Positions 9,517 to 18,140 of a stretch of DNA of 64,000 nt are shown piece after piece (position 1 is the stretch's first letter; each line of letters starts with the position of its first letter). The position numbers and the translations under genes were made by a program. The notes under the pieces were generated by a model. The model made no database searches, was not told the origin of the DNA, and worked only from the letters and a program-made list of their open reading frames with translations. The stretch is from a virus. The DNA is taken from positions 1-64,000 of the IMG/VR virus record IMGVR_UViG_3300048883_000431; one strand, written 5' to 3'.

Positions 9517-10160
9517 TGGAACGAATCTCCCATTCGTCGTAGCATGTGCGCTTTCGCCTCCTGTTTGATTTCTCCCCACTCCCCGTTACCGGATGTTTCC
9601 AGGCGTTCGAGTATTTTGGCAGGGACGTGTGTTTTTTCAGCGGCGGCTTCTATCCCGAACCCCATCGCCAATAGGTTTGCCGCTTCCGCCAGTTGTTCGC
9701 GCACCGCATCTTCCGGTGGGGGAGCTACGGGTGGTGGTGGCGGGGGCGGAGAAGTCTCTACTTCCAAGCTCGCGCGGGCCGTCTCGACGGATTGTGTCAG
9801 AGTATCAGCGGATTCTTTGAATGCGTCCACCTCCCCTGTCTTCACGGTGTCTATCTGTTCAGCCATCGCCATCATGTCCTGCGCGACCGATCCTAGACTT
9901 TTTTGCCCAGCTAGGACAAGTGGGATCGTCTTGTAGAGGTACACTGTCAGTGCTGTGGCGGCGGCGGAAGCGGTAATGAGCGCGGTGACCCCTCCCATAT
10001 CGGTGGTATGTAGGAGTGCAAGCCAGATCACCAGAGTCCCGAGGAGTTTCCCAGCCACGAGCAGCGTCGTCTGCGCCGTCCTCGTATCGGGGGTCGCGAA
10101 GGGCACGTCCGGCTTTTCTACGGGGACCGTGCGGGCAGTGCTGTAAGATGGGTGTGCCAT
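9513..10160 (-). CDS. Membrane protein (2 TM, coiled coil, Pro linker), possibly lysis-associated
   Basis: Two hydrophobic segments; two genes upstream of the GH108 lysin. Confidence 0.5.
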   Translation of the reverse strand: MAHPSYSTARTVPVEKPDVPFATPDTRTAQTTLLVAGKLLGTLVIWLALLHTTDMGGVTALITASAAATALTVYLYKTIPLVLAGQKSLGSVAQDMMAMAEQIDTVKTGEVDAFKESADTLTQSVETARASLEVETSPPPPPPPVAPPPEDAVREQLAEAANLLAMGFGIEAAAEKTHVPAKILERLETSGNGEWGEIKQEAKAHMLRRMGDSFQ

Positions 10161-10768
10161 CAGACCGCCTCCCGTAGCTTCTTCACCGCGTTCCCGTAAG
10201 CCTGGTGGACTGCCTGTCGACTAACGCCGCCTTCCCGCTTCGCTACGGCCAGCGGCTTGTGGCCCTCCGCCTGCGCCCAGGCACGCCTCCACATCAGGTC
10301 GGGGATGTCCGCGCGCGCAAGGAGCTGTTCGAGTTCTACCCGCGCGGTCCCCTCGCCCTCGGCCCAGAACTCGGGGAACTGATCGGCTCCGAGTATCTCG
10401 TCGTCCGTGTTGGTGAAGTCGACGTCGACGTGCTTCGGGAGCGTCGCTTCCCCCCGGAGGACCTTACGCCAGAACCTGTCGCCCAGGATGAACCCGCCAC
10501 GGTTGCTGCGGGCGGCCTGTACGGCGGCCCACTTGATGTAGGGGTGGAGATAGGCGGTGAGCGGCACCCCGAGGGAGGGGTCGTACCGCTCGTACATCTT
10601 CAGAACTATCTCCCAGACATCCTGGATTGTGTCGTCGATCTGGTCCTGCCGGTTGCGGTTACGCAGAATGCGGGCCACGACCGGCTCCAGATACGCCCTG
10701 AGTTCTTCACAGACTTCCGCCGTCATGCACGCCCCCCGCATGGTGGGTGTCCACCATAAGTATGCCAT
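10160..10768 (-). CDS. Sigma-70 family RNA polymerase sigma factor
   Basis: Region 2 DDTIQD...ERYDPS.GVPLTAY; region 4 HTH GVSRQAVHQ...AVKKLR. Confidence 0.8.
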   Translation of the reverse strand: MAYLWWTPTMRGACMTAEVCEELRAYLEPVVARILRNRNRQDQIDDTIQDVWEIVLKMYERYDPSLGVPLTAYLHPYIKWAAVQAARSNRGGFILGDRFWRKVLRGEATLPKHVDVDFTNTDDEILGADQFPEFWAEGEGTARVELEQLLARADIPDLMWRRAWAQAEGHKPLAVAKREGGVSRQAVHQAYGNAVKKLREAV

Positions 10769-10783
10769 GCCTCCGGCCCACGG

Positions 10784-11203
10784 TCAAGTCGGTTCCCGCG
10801 TTATGCGGGGCGGGGACGGTCGTCGAATGTCGCCCCCCGGTTCGTCCGCCAGGGGGTCGGTGAAGGTACCGTTCTCGACCATGAGCGCGATCAGCGCGTA
10901 GCCCAGTATGTCCATCCACGTGTCGCGTAGTGCTTCCCCGATGACCTTCGTCTCACCGCCGTTCTTGAATCCCTCGTAGAGACGCGCGATCTTGTCGTTG
11001 AGGCGGACGTAGATTCCTAGCTGAGGTCCCGCCACCTTCGGGTCAATTCCAGGGACCCCCCACGCCTCCGCGAGATGGGCGATGGGCGTCTCCATGATGT
11101 TAGTCGGGCCGTAGTCATGCTGCTTGCGGAGCATCAGCTCGCGCATATCCGCGAATACCTCGTCGAGCCCCTGGTTGAACGTACGGGGGGCGTCACTTGC
11201 CAT
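10784..11203 (-). CDS. Nucleotide modification-associated domain protein (DUF1599/Nmad1-like)
   Basis: RKQHDYG, VRLNDKIARL, LRDTWMDILGYA. Confidence 0.8.
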   Translation of the reverse strand: MASDAPRTFNQGLDEVFADMRELMLRKQHDYGPTNIMETPIAHLAEAWGVPGIDPKVAGPQLGIYVRLNDKIARLYEGFKNGGETKVIGEALRDTWMDILGYALIALMVENGTFTDPLADEPGGDIRRPSPPRITREPT

Positions 11204-11338
11204 GTCGCTGCGTCTCCATCCTGTCGATCATCCGCTTCGTGCGTCGACGTTGGCGGCGTTTGTGCGCACGCCGTTCGTAGGCGGTGCCCGATCCCTTCTT
11301 CGAGGGCCATCCGGTCTGCATGATGCGCCTGTAAAGAT

Positions 11339-12151
11339 TCACCCGTGCCTCCCCCTTCTGTTTAGTTCGGCGGCTCTATGGGACAGTACCAGCCTGCGGG
11401 CCGTGGCCTCGTCGGATAGCACGGACCCCCTTGTCGTCACCGTCTCTCGGAACTCAGCCAGCAGTCCCGCCTGCTCCGCCTTCAGCCGTAGATGCGGCAG
11501 TAGAGCTCTTAGAAGCTCGGACATGCTCGAAGCCGGGCAGTACCATCGGTAGGTGGCGCGAACTCCCCCCTTTCCCGGCGGGCGTTTGGTCACCTTCCCC
11601 CCGAATGTCCGTCCAAGTAGCCTCGGTATCTGGGGCCACGACTTCGTGAACGATACGTGAGCCTGCCCCGCACGTGGCGGCCTCGGGTGAGCTATCTGGA
11701 ACGTACCATCCGCGTCCATGGCACCGGCAAGGTAGGCACGTAGCTCCTCCTCCGCCAGCGCGCCCACGGGTATCGGGTCCACCACGTCCACCGCACCGCA
11801 GGCGGCTCTTACACGTCGGTGTAGCCCGTAACGGACGCTAGCCGACGCTCCCGCCATCTCGGCGAGGAGCTCTGCGCGGCCCCGTTTGTTCCGCAGGAGG
11901 GGGGTGACCTCGCCGAGCACCTCCTCCGTACGCGACCCGGCCACTTTCCACGTGTATGTATCGCGACCATTCACGCAGGAGACTGCGTTGCGGTTGGCCT
12001 TGCCACCGTATCTCCGTGCAAGGAGGGCGGGAATGCCCTCGGTTACCTGCGCAAGAACCACGAGTGGGTACGCGTGTCCGTCTACTTCGGTCGTGGTGAA
12101 GCACCCGTCGCAATCGAGCACGCCCGACAGATACGCTAGCTCAGTGTCCAT
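11339..12151 (-). CDS. Free-standing double-motif LAGLIDADG homing endonuclease
   Basis: LAYLSGVLDCDGCF and LRAYLAGAMDADGTF; GGAGG SD before ATG 12151. Confidence 0.9.
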   Translation of the reverse strand: MDTELAYLSGVLDCDGCFTTTEVDGHAYPLVVLAQVTEGIPALLARRYGGKANRNAVSCVNGRDTYTWKVAGSRTEEVLGEVTPLLRNKRGRAELLAEMAGASASVRYGLHRRVRAACGAVDVVDPIPVGALAEEELRAYLAGAMDADGTFQIAHPRPPRAGQAHVSFTKSWPQIPRLLGRTFGGKVTKRPPGKGGVRATYRWYCPASSMSELLRALLPHLRLKAEQAGLLAEFRETVTTRGSVLSDEATARRLVLSHRAAELNRRGRHG

Positions 12152-12170
12152 AGTTCCTCCAGAGAGAGAG

Positions 12171-12211
12171 AACAGCCCCCGAGGTCCGCTATGTGCGGTT
12201 CGGGGGCTGTT
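12171..12211 (-). terminator. Strong hairpin, probable intrinsic terminator of the RNA operon
   Basis: AACAGCCCCCGA...TCGGGGGCTGTT followed by a pyrimidine run on the minus strand. Confidence 0.6.
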
Positions 12212-12214
12212 GTC

Positions 12215-12448
12215 CGGGCTCCGCAAGTGTTACCCTGGCCAGGTATTCCTGCCCCCACAAGGCGCAGGGGTCTACGCTCACTCGCGACTTACCGCCCCGG
12301 TAGTCCTGCTCCCACGAAGCGCGGGGCAGTTTTGGCGTCACCGACATACCCAGGTCGCACCGTTGATTGGCCCCTCATACCCCCGACGGTCCTTTTCGAG
12401 AGCGGGTGGTGGGTTGGCCATTGGCCGCTGCGTACAGCGCCCACCGCC
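12215..12448 (-). ncRNA. Putative structured non-coding RNA, unassigned
   Basis: Nested stems ACTGCCCCG/CGGGGCGGT, TGCGAC/GTCGCG, CCTGC/GCAGG, CGCTG-TACG-CAGCG and a possible pseudoknot CTGGGTAT/ATACCTGG; no credible ORF. Confidence 0.4.
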
Positions 12449-12450
12449 AT

Positions 12451-12525
12451 TGGTACCGCTGGAGGGACTCGAACCCCCGCCGCCTGGTCCGTAGCCAGGT
12501 GTTCTATCCACTGGACGACTCCGGA
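12451..12525 (-). tRNA. tRNA-Arg(ACG), degenerate acceptor stem (possible pseudo-tRNA)
   Basis: CCTGG-CTACGGA-CCAGG anticodon arm, GGTTCGAGTCC T-arm, encoded CCA; acceptor has 3 mismatches in 7 pairs. Confidence 0.75.
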
Positions 12526-12531
12526 AGAGAG

Positions 12532-12603
12532 TAGGCGGTGGGCAGGGACTCGAACCCTGAAGTCGCCGGTTCACCACCACCCCTTTGCTATGCGCCGCCC
12601 ACA
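12532..12603 (-). ncRNA. tRNA-like element (T-arm plus partial acceptor, no clear anticodon arm)
   Basis: CAGGG-TTCGAGT-CCCTG, GTGGG/CCCAC. Confidence 0.5.
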
Positions 12604-12610
12604 TGGCTTC

Positions 12611-12654
12611 GCCACGTGCGGGGAATCGAACCCCGGCTGCTCCATTCACGCGGC
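12611..12654 (-). ncRNA. Armless tRNA-like minihelix
   Basis: GCCGCGTG/CACGTGGC stem stacked on CGGGG-TTCGATT-CCCCG with an 11-nt linker. Confidence 0.5.
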
Positions 12655-12677
12655 TAACACGACGCACACTCTGAATT

Positions 12678-12754
12678 TGGTGGCGGGGCCGGGAGTTGAA
12701 CCCGGTACTCTCCGGTTTATGAGACCGGCGCAACACCGTTATGCTATCCCCGCA
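12678..12754 (-). tRNA. tRNA with CAT anticodon (Met; 1:72 mismatch as in initiator tRNAs)
   Basis: GCGGGG/CCCCGC acceptor, CCGGT-CTCATAA-ACCGG, GGTTCAACTCC, ACCA end; 77 nt. Confidence 0.9.
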
Positions 12755-12766
12755 GGATGTAGAAGT

Positions 12767-12796
12767 AGTATAGCACGTCCCGTCCCCCTTTGGCAA
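12767..12796 (-). promoter_or_regulatory. Sigma70-type promoter of the tRNA operon
   Basis: TTGCCA-18 bp-TATACT with extended -10 TG, just upstream of the tRNA 5' end. Confidence 0.8.
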
Positions 12797-12813
12797 CTTC
12801 AAGCGGGGCCAAT

Positions 12814-12846
12814 TCCACCTCGACCAAGTCCACCTCGACCAAGTCC
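12814..12846. repeat. 15-bp tandem repeat
   Basis: TCCACCTCGACCAAG x2 plus TCC. Confidence 0.8.
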
Positions 12847-12893
12847 GTCGGTATCCCCTCGTCGGTCACGTTCGGTTGGCCAGTTACGTCCAG

Positions 12894-13244
12894 TTAGACA
12901 AGGAACCTGTCCTCGTCGTCCTCGTCCCCCGGCGGCTTGTTAGCACGTACGTGGTCCAGAGCAACTTGGGCCGAGTCCCCCATCGGGTTCATCACAATGT
13001 CGAGGATAAGAAGCGACCTCGGGGTGACCCGATACCCGCAGAGCTCCACCGTCCAGGTGGTCGCGGCCTCGCTGGGGAAGTTCGGCATCTCGGACAGAAA
13101 CACCGCATCCCCGGCCACCGGACGTGTGTCCTCCATCCACGTTCCTAGAAAGGTCGCGGCCTCAAGAGCGTCGTCGGGCGACTTCCCGTACCAGGCCAGT
13201 TGGAAATGGTGCACGGCATGTGTCCTTCTAGTCACGGGTGTCAC
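12894..13244 (-). CDS. Hypothetical protein
   Basis: 116-aa ORF downstream of dcd. Confidence 0.5.
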   Translation of the reverse strand: MTPVTRRTHAVHHFQLAWYGKSPDDALEAATFLGTWMEDTRPVAGDAVFLSEMPNFPSEAATTWTVELCGYRVTPRSLLILDIVMNPMGDSAQVALDHVRANKPPGDEDDEDRFLV

Positions 13245-13268
13245 GGCCCGCCGGGAGGGGGTTTACCG

Positions 13269-13835
13269 CTAGGTGTTCTCGACCCGAGGCAGCACGATAC
13301 CTACCTGCCCCTGGTACTTGCCACGCTTGTCGCGATATGAGACTTCGCACGGCTCGTCGGACTGAAGGAAGATCGCCTGACCGATGCCTTCGTTCGCGTA
13401 TATCTTCGCCGGGAGAGGCGTGGTGTTCGAGATTTCCAGCGTCGCGTACCCCTCCCACTCCGGCTCGAACGGCGTTACGTTGAGTATGATCCCACACCGT
13501 GCGTAAGTCGACTTACCCAAGCACACTACCAACACATCGCGAGGGATGCGCCAGAACTCCACGGTTCGCGCGAGCGCGAAGGAATTTGGCGGGATTACGC
13601 ACGTGTCCGACTGCATCTCTACAAACGCTGCGGGCTGAAAGTTCTTAGGGTCTACGACCGTTGGCGAGACGTTCGTGAATACCTTCCATTCGTCGGCTAC
13701 GCGGAAGTCATACCCAAACGACGACAGCCCGTAGCTCACGCAGCCGTCGGTTCTGACTTGCGTACCGACGAACGGCTCCACCATGCCGTGCTGAGACGCC
13801 ATCTCACGTATCCAGCGATCCGACTTCACCGACAT
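13269..13835 (-). CDS. dcd: dCTP deaminase
   Basis: [41 protein letters not shown]. Confidence 0.97.
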   Translation of the reverse strand: MSVKSDRWIREMASQHGMVEPFVGTQVRTDGCVSYGLSSFGYDFRVADEWKVFTNVSPTVVDPKNFQPAAFVEMQSDTCVIPPNSFALARTVEFWRIPRDVLVVCLGKSTYARCGIILNVTPFEPEWEGYATLEISNTTPLPAKIYANEGIGQAIFLQSDEPCEVSYRDKRGKYQGQVGIVLPRVENT

Positions 13836-13905
13836 CGTGTCTTCTCCCGAGCCTATTCGCTATAGTGAGCCCACCGTGCGCCTACGCAACATTAAGTTTG
13901 GAAGA

Positions 13906-13978
13906 CCCGTGACACCCGTGACACACCAATGGACATACGGCTTTACGCCGTGACACTACCCGTGACATGCCCGTGACT
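13906..13978. repeat. Five direct copies of CCGTGAC(A) in a divergent intergenic region
   Basis: Copies near 13906, 13915, 13947, 13959 and 13970. Confidence 0.8.
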
Positions 13979-14110
13979 AGAAGGTCCATAGTGTGCCTTC
14001 TACCTTAACCGGGTGTGGCTTATATCTTACCCGGTTCCCTTGACGGGGGGAAGCCGAAGCGGGTATTATCTTGGTATCACCGCCAAGTTGCGAAATCCGA
14101 GGGGGTCGCG

Positions 14111-15082
14111 ATGAAGACTACGCACATCAACCAACTTCGCGTGCTGGTCGTGGGCGACATCATCCTCGACCGATACGTTCATAGTACGACCACACGGCTA
14201 TCATCGGAAGCCCCCGTCCCCATCCTTCGCCCGGACAAGACCGAACACCGCCTCGGCGGCGCGGCGAACGTCGCACGGCAATGCGCAGCGTTTGGGTGCG
14301 AGACACACCTAGTGGGCATCACGGGGAAGGACGGGCCGTTCGCGACCCTATGCGACCTCTTCGACGAGTCGGGGATCGGCTACCTCGGGGTGTTCCACAG
14401 TGAACGCCGTCCCACGACGGTCAAAACCCGCTTCCTGGGGAACGGACACCAGGTAATGCGTCTGGACGAGGAGGTAAACGAGCGAGACCACGGCGACGAG
14501 GTTCACCCCCGATTACTCAGCCACCTGGAGCGCACCGCCCACCTCTACGACGTCATCATCGTCCAAGACTACGGGAAGGGCGTTGTCGACTTCGACCTCC
14601 TGGAGGCACTCCTCGACAGGTCGAAGAAGGACCGCGTCCTCGTGGCGGACCCGACCCCCGACAGCATGGGCAAATTCGAGGCTTTCGACTACGTCACGCC
14701 CAATGAGCGCGAGTTCCGTGAGTACCACAACCTCAACACCGCTGACCGTGGGGCCGACCGCCAGGCGGCGAACCGCCAGATACACGATAGCTGCCTCAAG
14801 GGCGTCCTAGTCACGCGCGGCGCGGGCGGCGTCTCGATCTACTACGACGACGACATGCACGTCGGCATAAAGGCTGCCCCGGTGGTTGTCCGGGACGTCA
14901 CAGGCGCGGGGGATACCGCCGTCGCAGCGTTCGCCGTCGTGCTGGCCGCCAGCGGCTGCCTCATGACTGCTGTCCGCGCGGCTAACCATGCTGGGGCCGC
15001 CGTCGTCCAGCAGCAGGGGTGCGGCGTGGCCACGGTGAGCGACATCCTCCCTGGAGAATACGATGACGCCCCTGAGATGTGA
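14111..15082 (+). CDS. rfaE1: D-glycero-beta-D-manno-heptose-7-phosphate kinase (HldE kinase domain/HldA, PfkB fold)
   Basis: VVGDIILDRY...RLSSEAPVP, LGGAANVA, RPTTVKTR, QDYGKG, TPNERE, DVTGAGDT. Confidence 0.9.
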   Translation: MKTTHINQLRVLVVGDIILDRYVHSTTTRLSSEAPVPILRPDKTEHRLGGAANVARQCAAFGCETHLVGITGKDGPFATLCDLFDESGIGYLGVFHSERRPTTVKTRFLGNGHQVMRLDEEVNERDHGDEVHPRLLSHLERTAHLYDVIIVQDYGKGVVDFDLLEALLDRSKKDRVLVADPTPDSMGKFEAFDYVTPNEREFREYHNLNTADRGADRQAANRQIHDSCLKGVLVTRGAGGVSIYYDDDMHVGIKAAPVVVRDVTGAGDTAVAAFAVVLAASGCLMTAVRAANHAGAAVVQQQGCGVATVSDILPGEYDDAPEM

Positions 15083-15356
15083 GCCAGGATACGTGTGTGT
15101 CGAGGGCGGCGTCGCGAACTCTCACCGCATCGCCTTTGAGTCGGCCTGGATCGTGCGCATCGGGGGGAAGCCCTACCGCGTGGGGCCAGGCTGGCACGAT
15201 CTGGCCCTACTGGTACTGCAGCACTTCCAACTCCACGGCTGGAACGTGTACGTGAGCGACCCAACGCAAACTACTGTGAGTCGGCGTTGGGTCGCGCAAG
15301 CGGGGCTGGAGATCACGCCGGTTGGGCCCACTCCTGGAATTCTTCCAGCGTCATAG
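15063..15356 (+). CDS. Hypothetical protein
   Basis: 97-aa ORF overlapping the kinase end. Confidence 0.4.
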   Translation: MTPLRCEPGYVCVEGGVANSHRIAFESAWIVRIGGKPYRVGPGWHDLALLVLQHFQLHGWNVYVSDPTQTTVSRRWVAQAGLEITPVGPTPGILPAS

Positions 15357-15579
15357 GCCGTGAGGTCCTCCCCGGCGGGGACTCGTGGTAGGTGAACTCG
15401 GTGGACTCGTCGGCCAGTTCGAGGACCTTGTCGGACGCGTCCTCGTACCATTCCGACCGGGCGTCGTCTTCACACCCGTCCTCTCCGAACTCCATCAGTC
15501 CATCGTCCCACAGCTTGACATACATAGGTATGCCTCCTTCACCGGAAGCATACCTTGGCTGCCCGAGCTTGGCAAGGCG

Positions 15580-15981
15580 TTATGCGCCCACAGCCATACC
15601 AATCTGACGGTTCGCTCGGACTTCGGCGAAGATCATCTCGCCGATGCTGTCGATCAGGCCCTCCAGCACCCACTGCTCGCATACCCCGAGCCCACCGGCG
15701 GCCAGCACCCGCTCCGAAAGGGATCGCGCGGCGACAGGGGCTTCCCGCTCCGTGGCCATGATGTATAGGACCACCGCGTGGGAGTTGTCATGGTTGACCC
15801 CGTGAGTGAGGACGTAGTCGATCCTCGCCCGGAGATCGGCTACGGAGCACCGACGGCAGATGAGCTTGTACAGGGTATGCTTCTCGGCAATCCTGCGCCA
15901 CGCATCGCTTCCGCTCGCGAGCCCTAGTTCCATCGTCGCTTCCCACGTTTCGATACGTCGGAAGTCGGCTTGCTTCAACAT
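15580..15981 (-). CDS. Hypothetical protein
   Basis: GGAGG SD before MLKQADF start. Confidence 0.55.
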   Translation of the reverse strand: MLKQADFRRIETWEATMELGLASGSDAWRRIAEKHTLYKLICRRCSVADLRARIDYVLTHGVNHDNSHAVVLYIMATEREAPVAARSLSERVLAAGGLGVCEQWVLEGLIDSIGEMIFAEVRANRQIGMAVGA

Positions 15982-16118
15982 TGCTCGTCCTCCGTGTAGG
16001 GTGTCCAATTCATAGATAGTATAGATGAATGTTGGCCGCGTAGTCAAGTTGGTAAACGTAGGCTTGACTTTGGACGTGGGCGAGGTACACTCAAGCCATA
16101 CTGAAGGGACCTCGCCAT

Positions 16119-16331
16119 ATGGCCGAGCATCGACGTGTTGACTTCCAGCACCGCATCCCGCTTCTTGGGACCGACGACCCCAACCGCTGTGTCATGTGTA
16201 CGATCCCAGCCGACATCGACGACGCGGAGATGGCGCGTGTCTGCAAGGCGCTTAGGGCACTCACAGAGATTGTAGACCTGACGCCACTAGCCCACAACCG
16301 TCCGGTGGGCTCGGACAACCACGATGACTAA
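16119..16331 (+). CDS. Hypothetical protein
   Basis: Preceded by TTGACT-16-TACACT promoter-like site. Confidence 0.45.
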   Translation: MAEHRRVDFQHRIPLLGTDDPNRCVMCTIPADIDDAEMARVCKALRALTEIVDLTPLAHNRPVGSDNHDD

Positions 16332-16495
16332 GGATTCCGACAGGCCCGTGTGCGTGGAGACGCATGTGTCGGTAGCGCGTAATTCGTGAGGGTACCCTTT
16401 CCCCGCACGTAGCGAGAACGGGCCGTAGCGCGGTACAACAACCGGGGGAGTTTTGGGCTCATGGCCCCTTCCCCGGAGCCGCCCACGGGGCTATA

Positions 16496-16681
16496 ATGAC
16501 CTACGACAAACTGTTCGACGAGTTTCGGCGGGTGTCGCGCGCCAATGCGATGATGGCGCAGCTACTGGAGACCCAGGGAAAGGCCCTGGTTGCTGATAGG
16601 GAGCTGATTAAGCTCCTCATTCGTGTCCTACAAGCCAACGGCCTGGAGATTCCAGATGAAGCTATGCCCTTCCTGCGGTGA
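16496..16681 (+). CDS. Small helical hypothetical protein
   Basis: 61-aa amphipathic ORF. Confidence 0.45.
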   Translation: MTYDKLFDEFRRVSRANAMMAQLLETQGKALVADRELIKLLIRVLQANGLEIPDEAMPFLR

Positions 16682-18029
16682 GGACTCCTTGACGAAGAAC
16701 GGCACCTCCCCGCGTGCCGACGGTTCCATGTACCAGAAGTTCCGCTGCGTGAACTGCGGGGCCAACCCCACCAACTACAGCCACACCGCCCCCGCCGCCC
16801 CGCGCGGTGCTGAGGCCGTGGTGGAGCACAGCGTGAACCGGCGCACCCACACCGCCACGGTACCGATGTCGGAGGCACCGACCACACTCGACGAGTGGAT
16901 CGCGATGCTGGACATCGACCTCGACGAGTGGTCCGTTACCAAGGCGAGCGCCGGGCGGTGGGAAGGCTTCATCAAGAACTCGCAGAAGCAGATCGAGAAG
17001 ACCCCGCTGTTTAAGTTCGCGGTGGAGGTCGTGCGGCGGCACCCAGTCATCGAGTCCCCCGCCGTTCGCCCTGTCCACATCAACATCTCCTACACCCCGC
17101 TGTCGATCCCGGTCGTGGTGGCACCGGACGAGTCCTGGGGACGTGCGCTCATCATCCCCGACACGCACCACGGCTTCATCCGCGACACCTACACGCGGAA
17201 GCTCACGCCCCTCCACGACCGCCGCGCCATTTCCATCGCCATGAGCGTCGCCGAGGTAACGCAGCCGGACAAGGTCATCCTGGTCGGTGACTGCCTCGAC
17301 CTGGCGGAGTTCTCCAAGAAGTTCGTCCGAAGTTCCGAGTTCGAGCGCACGTTTCAGCCCACCATCGTCGAGTTGGCGTGGACCTTGGCAAAGCTGCGGA
17401 CCTCGTGCCCTGACGCCGAGATCATCTACATGGAAGGCAACCACGAGAAGCGGTTCCGCGAGAGCGTCCTTATGGACATGAAGGAGCTCGAAGGCGTCTA
17501 CGCTGCGCTCGACCCCGAGAAGCTGCCCGTCCTGTCCGTCGCGAACTACCTCGGACTCGACGGGCTGGGGATCAACTGGGAAGGTCCCTACCCCAAGGCC
17601 CGCGTCCAGCTCAACAACCGCATGGTGGTGACCCATGGGCACACCGTCCGGTCCAAGGGCGGCGCGACCACCCGCGCGCTGCTACAGGGACTCGACTGCA
17701 ACATGGTCATGGGACACGTCCATCGCCTGGAGCAGGCGGCGCACACGTTCCACGGCACTGGAGACCCCATCGTCTACGTGGCAACGTCCGTCGGCACGCT
17801 GGCGCACATCGACGGGCGCGTCCCCTCGGGGTCCGCGACGGAGAACTGGCAGCAGGGCTTCGGCATGGTGGCCTACGAGATCGACGGGGATAGGTCGTTT
17901 ACCACGCTCCACCCCATCACCGCTGGGTTCAGCATCGTGGAGGGCGAGGCCTACGTCGGGGATGACTACACCGAGCAGCTCGTCGACGAGACGCGGTGCG
18001 ACGAGCTATCCTTGTCATTCGATGCGTAA
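16656..18029 (+). CDS. Calcineurin-like metallophosphoesterase with N-terminal zinc ribbon
   Basis: CPSC...CVNC; PDTH, VGDCLD, GNHE, THGH, GHVHR. Confidence 0.85.
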   Translation: MKLCPSCGEDSLTKNGTSPRADGSMYQKFRCVNCGANPTNYSHTAPAAPRGAEAVVEHSVNRRTHTATVPMSEAPTTLDEWIAMLDIDLDEWSVTKASAGRWEGFIKNSQKQIEKTPLFKFAVEVVRRHPVIESPAVRPVHINISYTPLSIPVVVAPDESWGRALIIPDTHHGFIRDTYTRKLTPLHDRRAISIAMSVAEVTQPDKVILVGDCLDLAEFSKKFVRSSEFERTFQPTIVELAWTLAKLRTSCPDAEIIYMEGNHEKRFRESVLMDMKELEGVYAALDPEKLPVLSVANYLGLDGLGINWEGPYPKARVQLNNRMVVTHGHTVRSKGGATTRALLQGLDCNMVMGHVHRLEQAAHTFHGTGDPIVYVATSVGTLAHIDGRVPSGSATENWQQGFGMVAYEIDGDRSFTTLHPITAGFSIVEGEAYVGDDYTEQLVDETRCDELSLSFDA

Positions 18030-18140
18030 TCGGGCATAATATACGTGTGCACCGACGACGTACCGGAAAGCGTTCCGGCGCACATTGGTCGTGGAGTATG
18101 GTTGGGGGCCTTTGGCCCCCTTCTTCATGGAAGGGGCCAT

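Noticed and set aside
12215-12448. tmRNA, cobalamin riboswitch or group I intron
   Set aside because: AAAACTGCC resembles a tmRNA resume context but the frame ends LPGR* with no Ala tag and there is no G3-U70 acceptor. ACTGCCCCGC resembles a B12 element but its partner stems are missing. There is no convincing P7, and a normal small ORF follows the endonuclease
12191-12943. Protein-coding ORFs across the tRNA cluster
   Set aside because: They overlap clear tRNA structures and have no protein-like features
12814-13978. CRISPR array
   Set aside because: Repeats are 7-15 bp without regular unique spacers, and no cas genes are present
16656-16770. IS1-like transposase (zinc ribbon)
   Set aside because: Ribbon is fused to a phosphoesterase; no DDE domain or terminal inverted repeats
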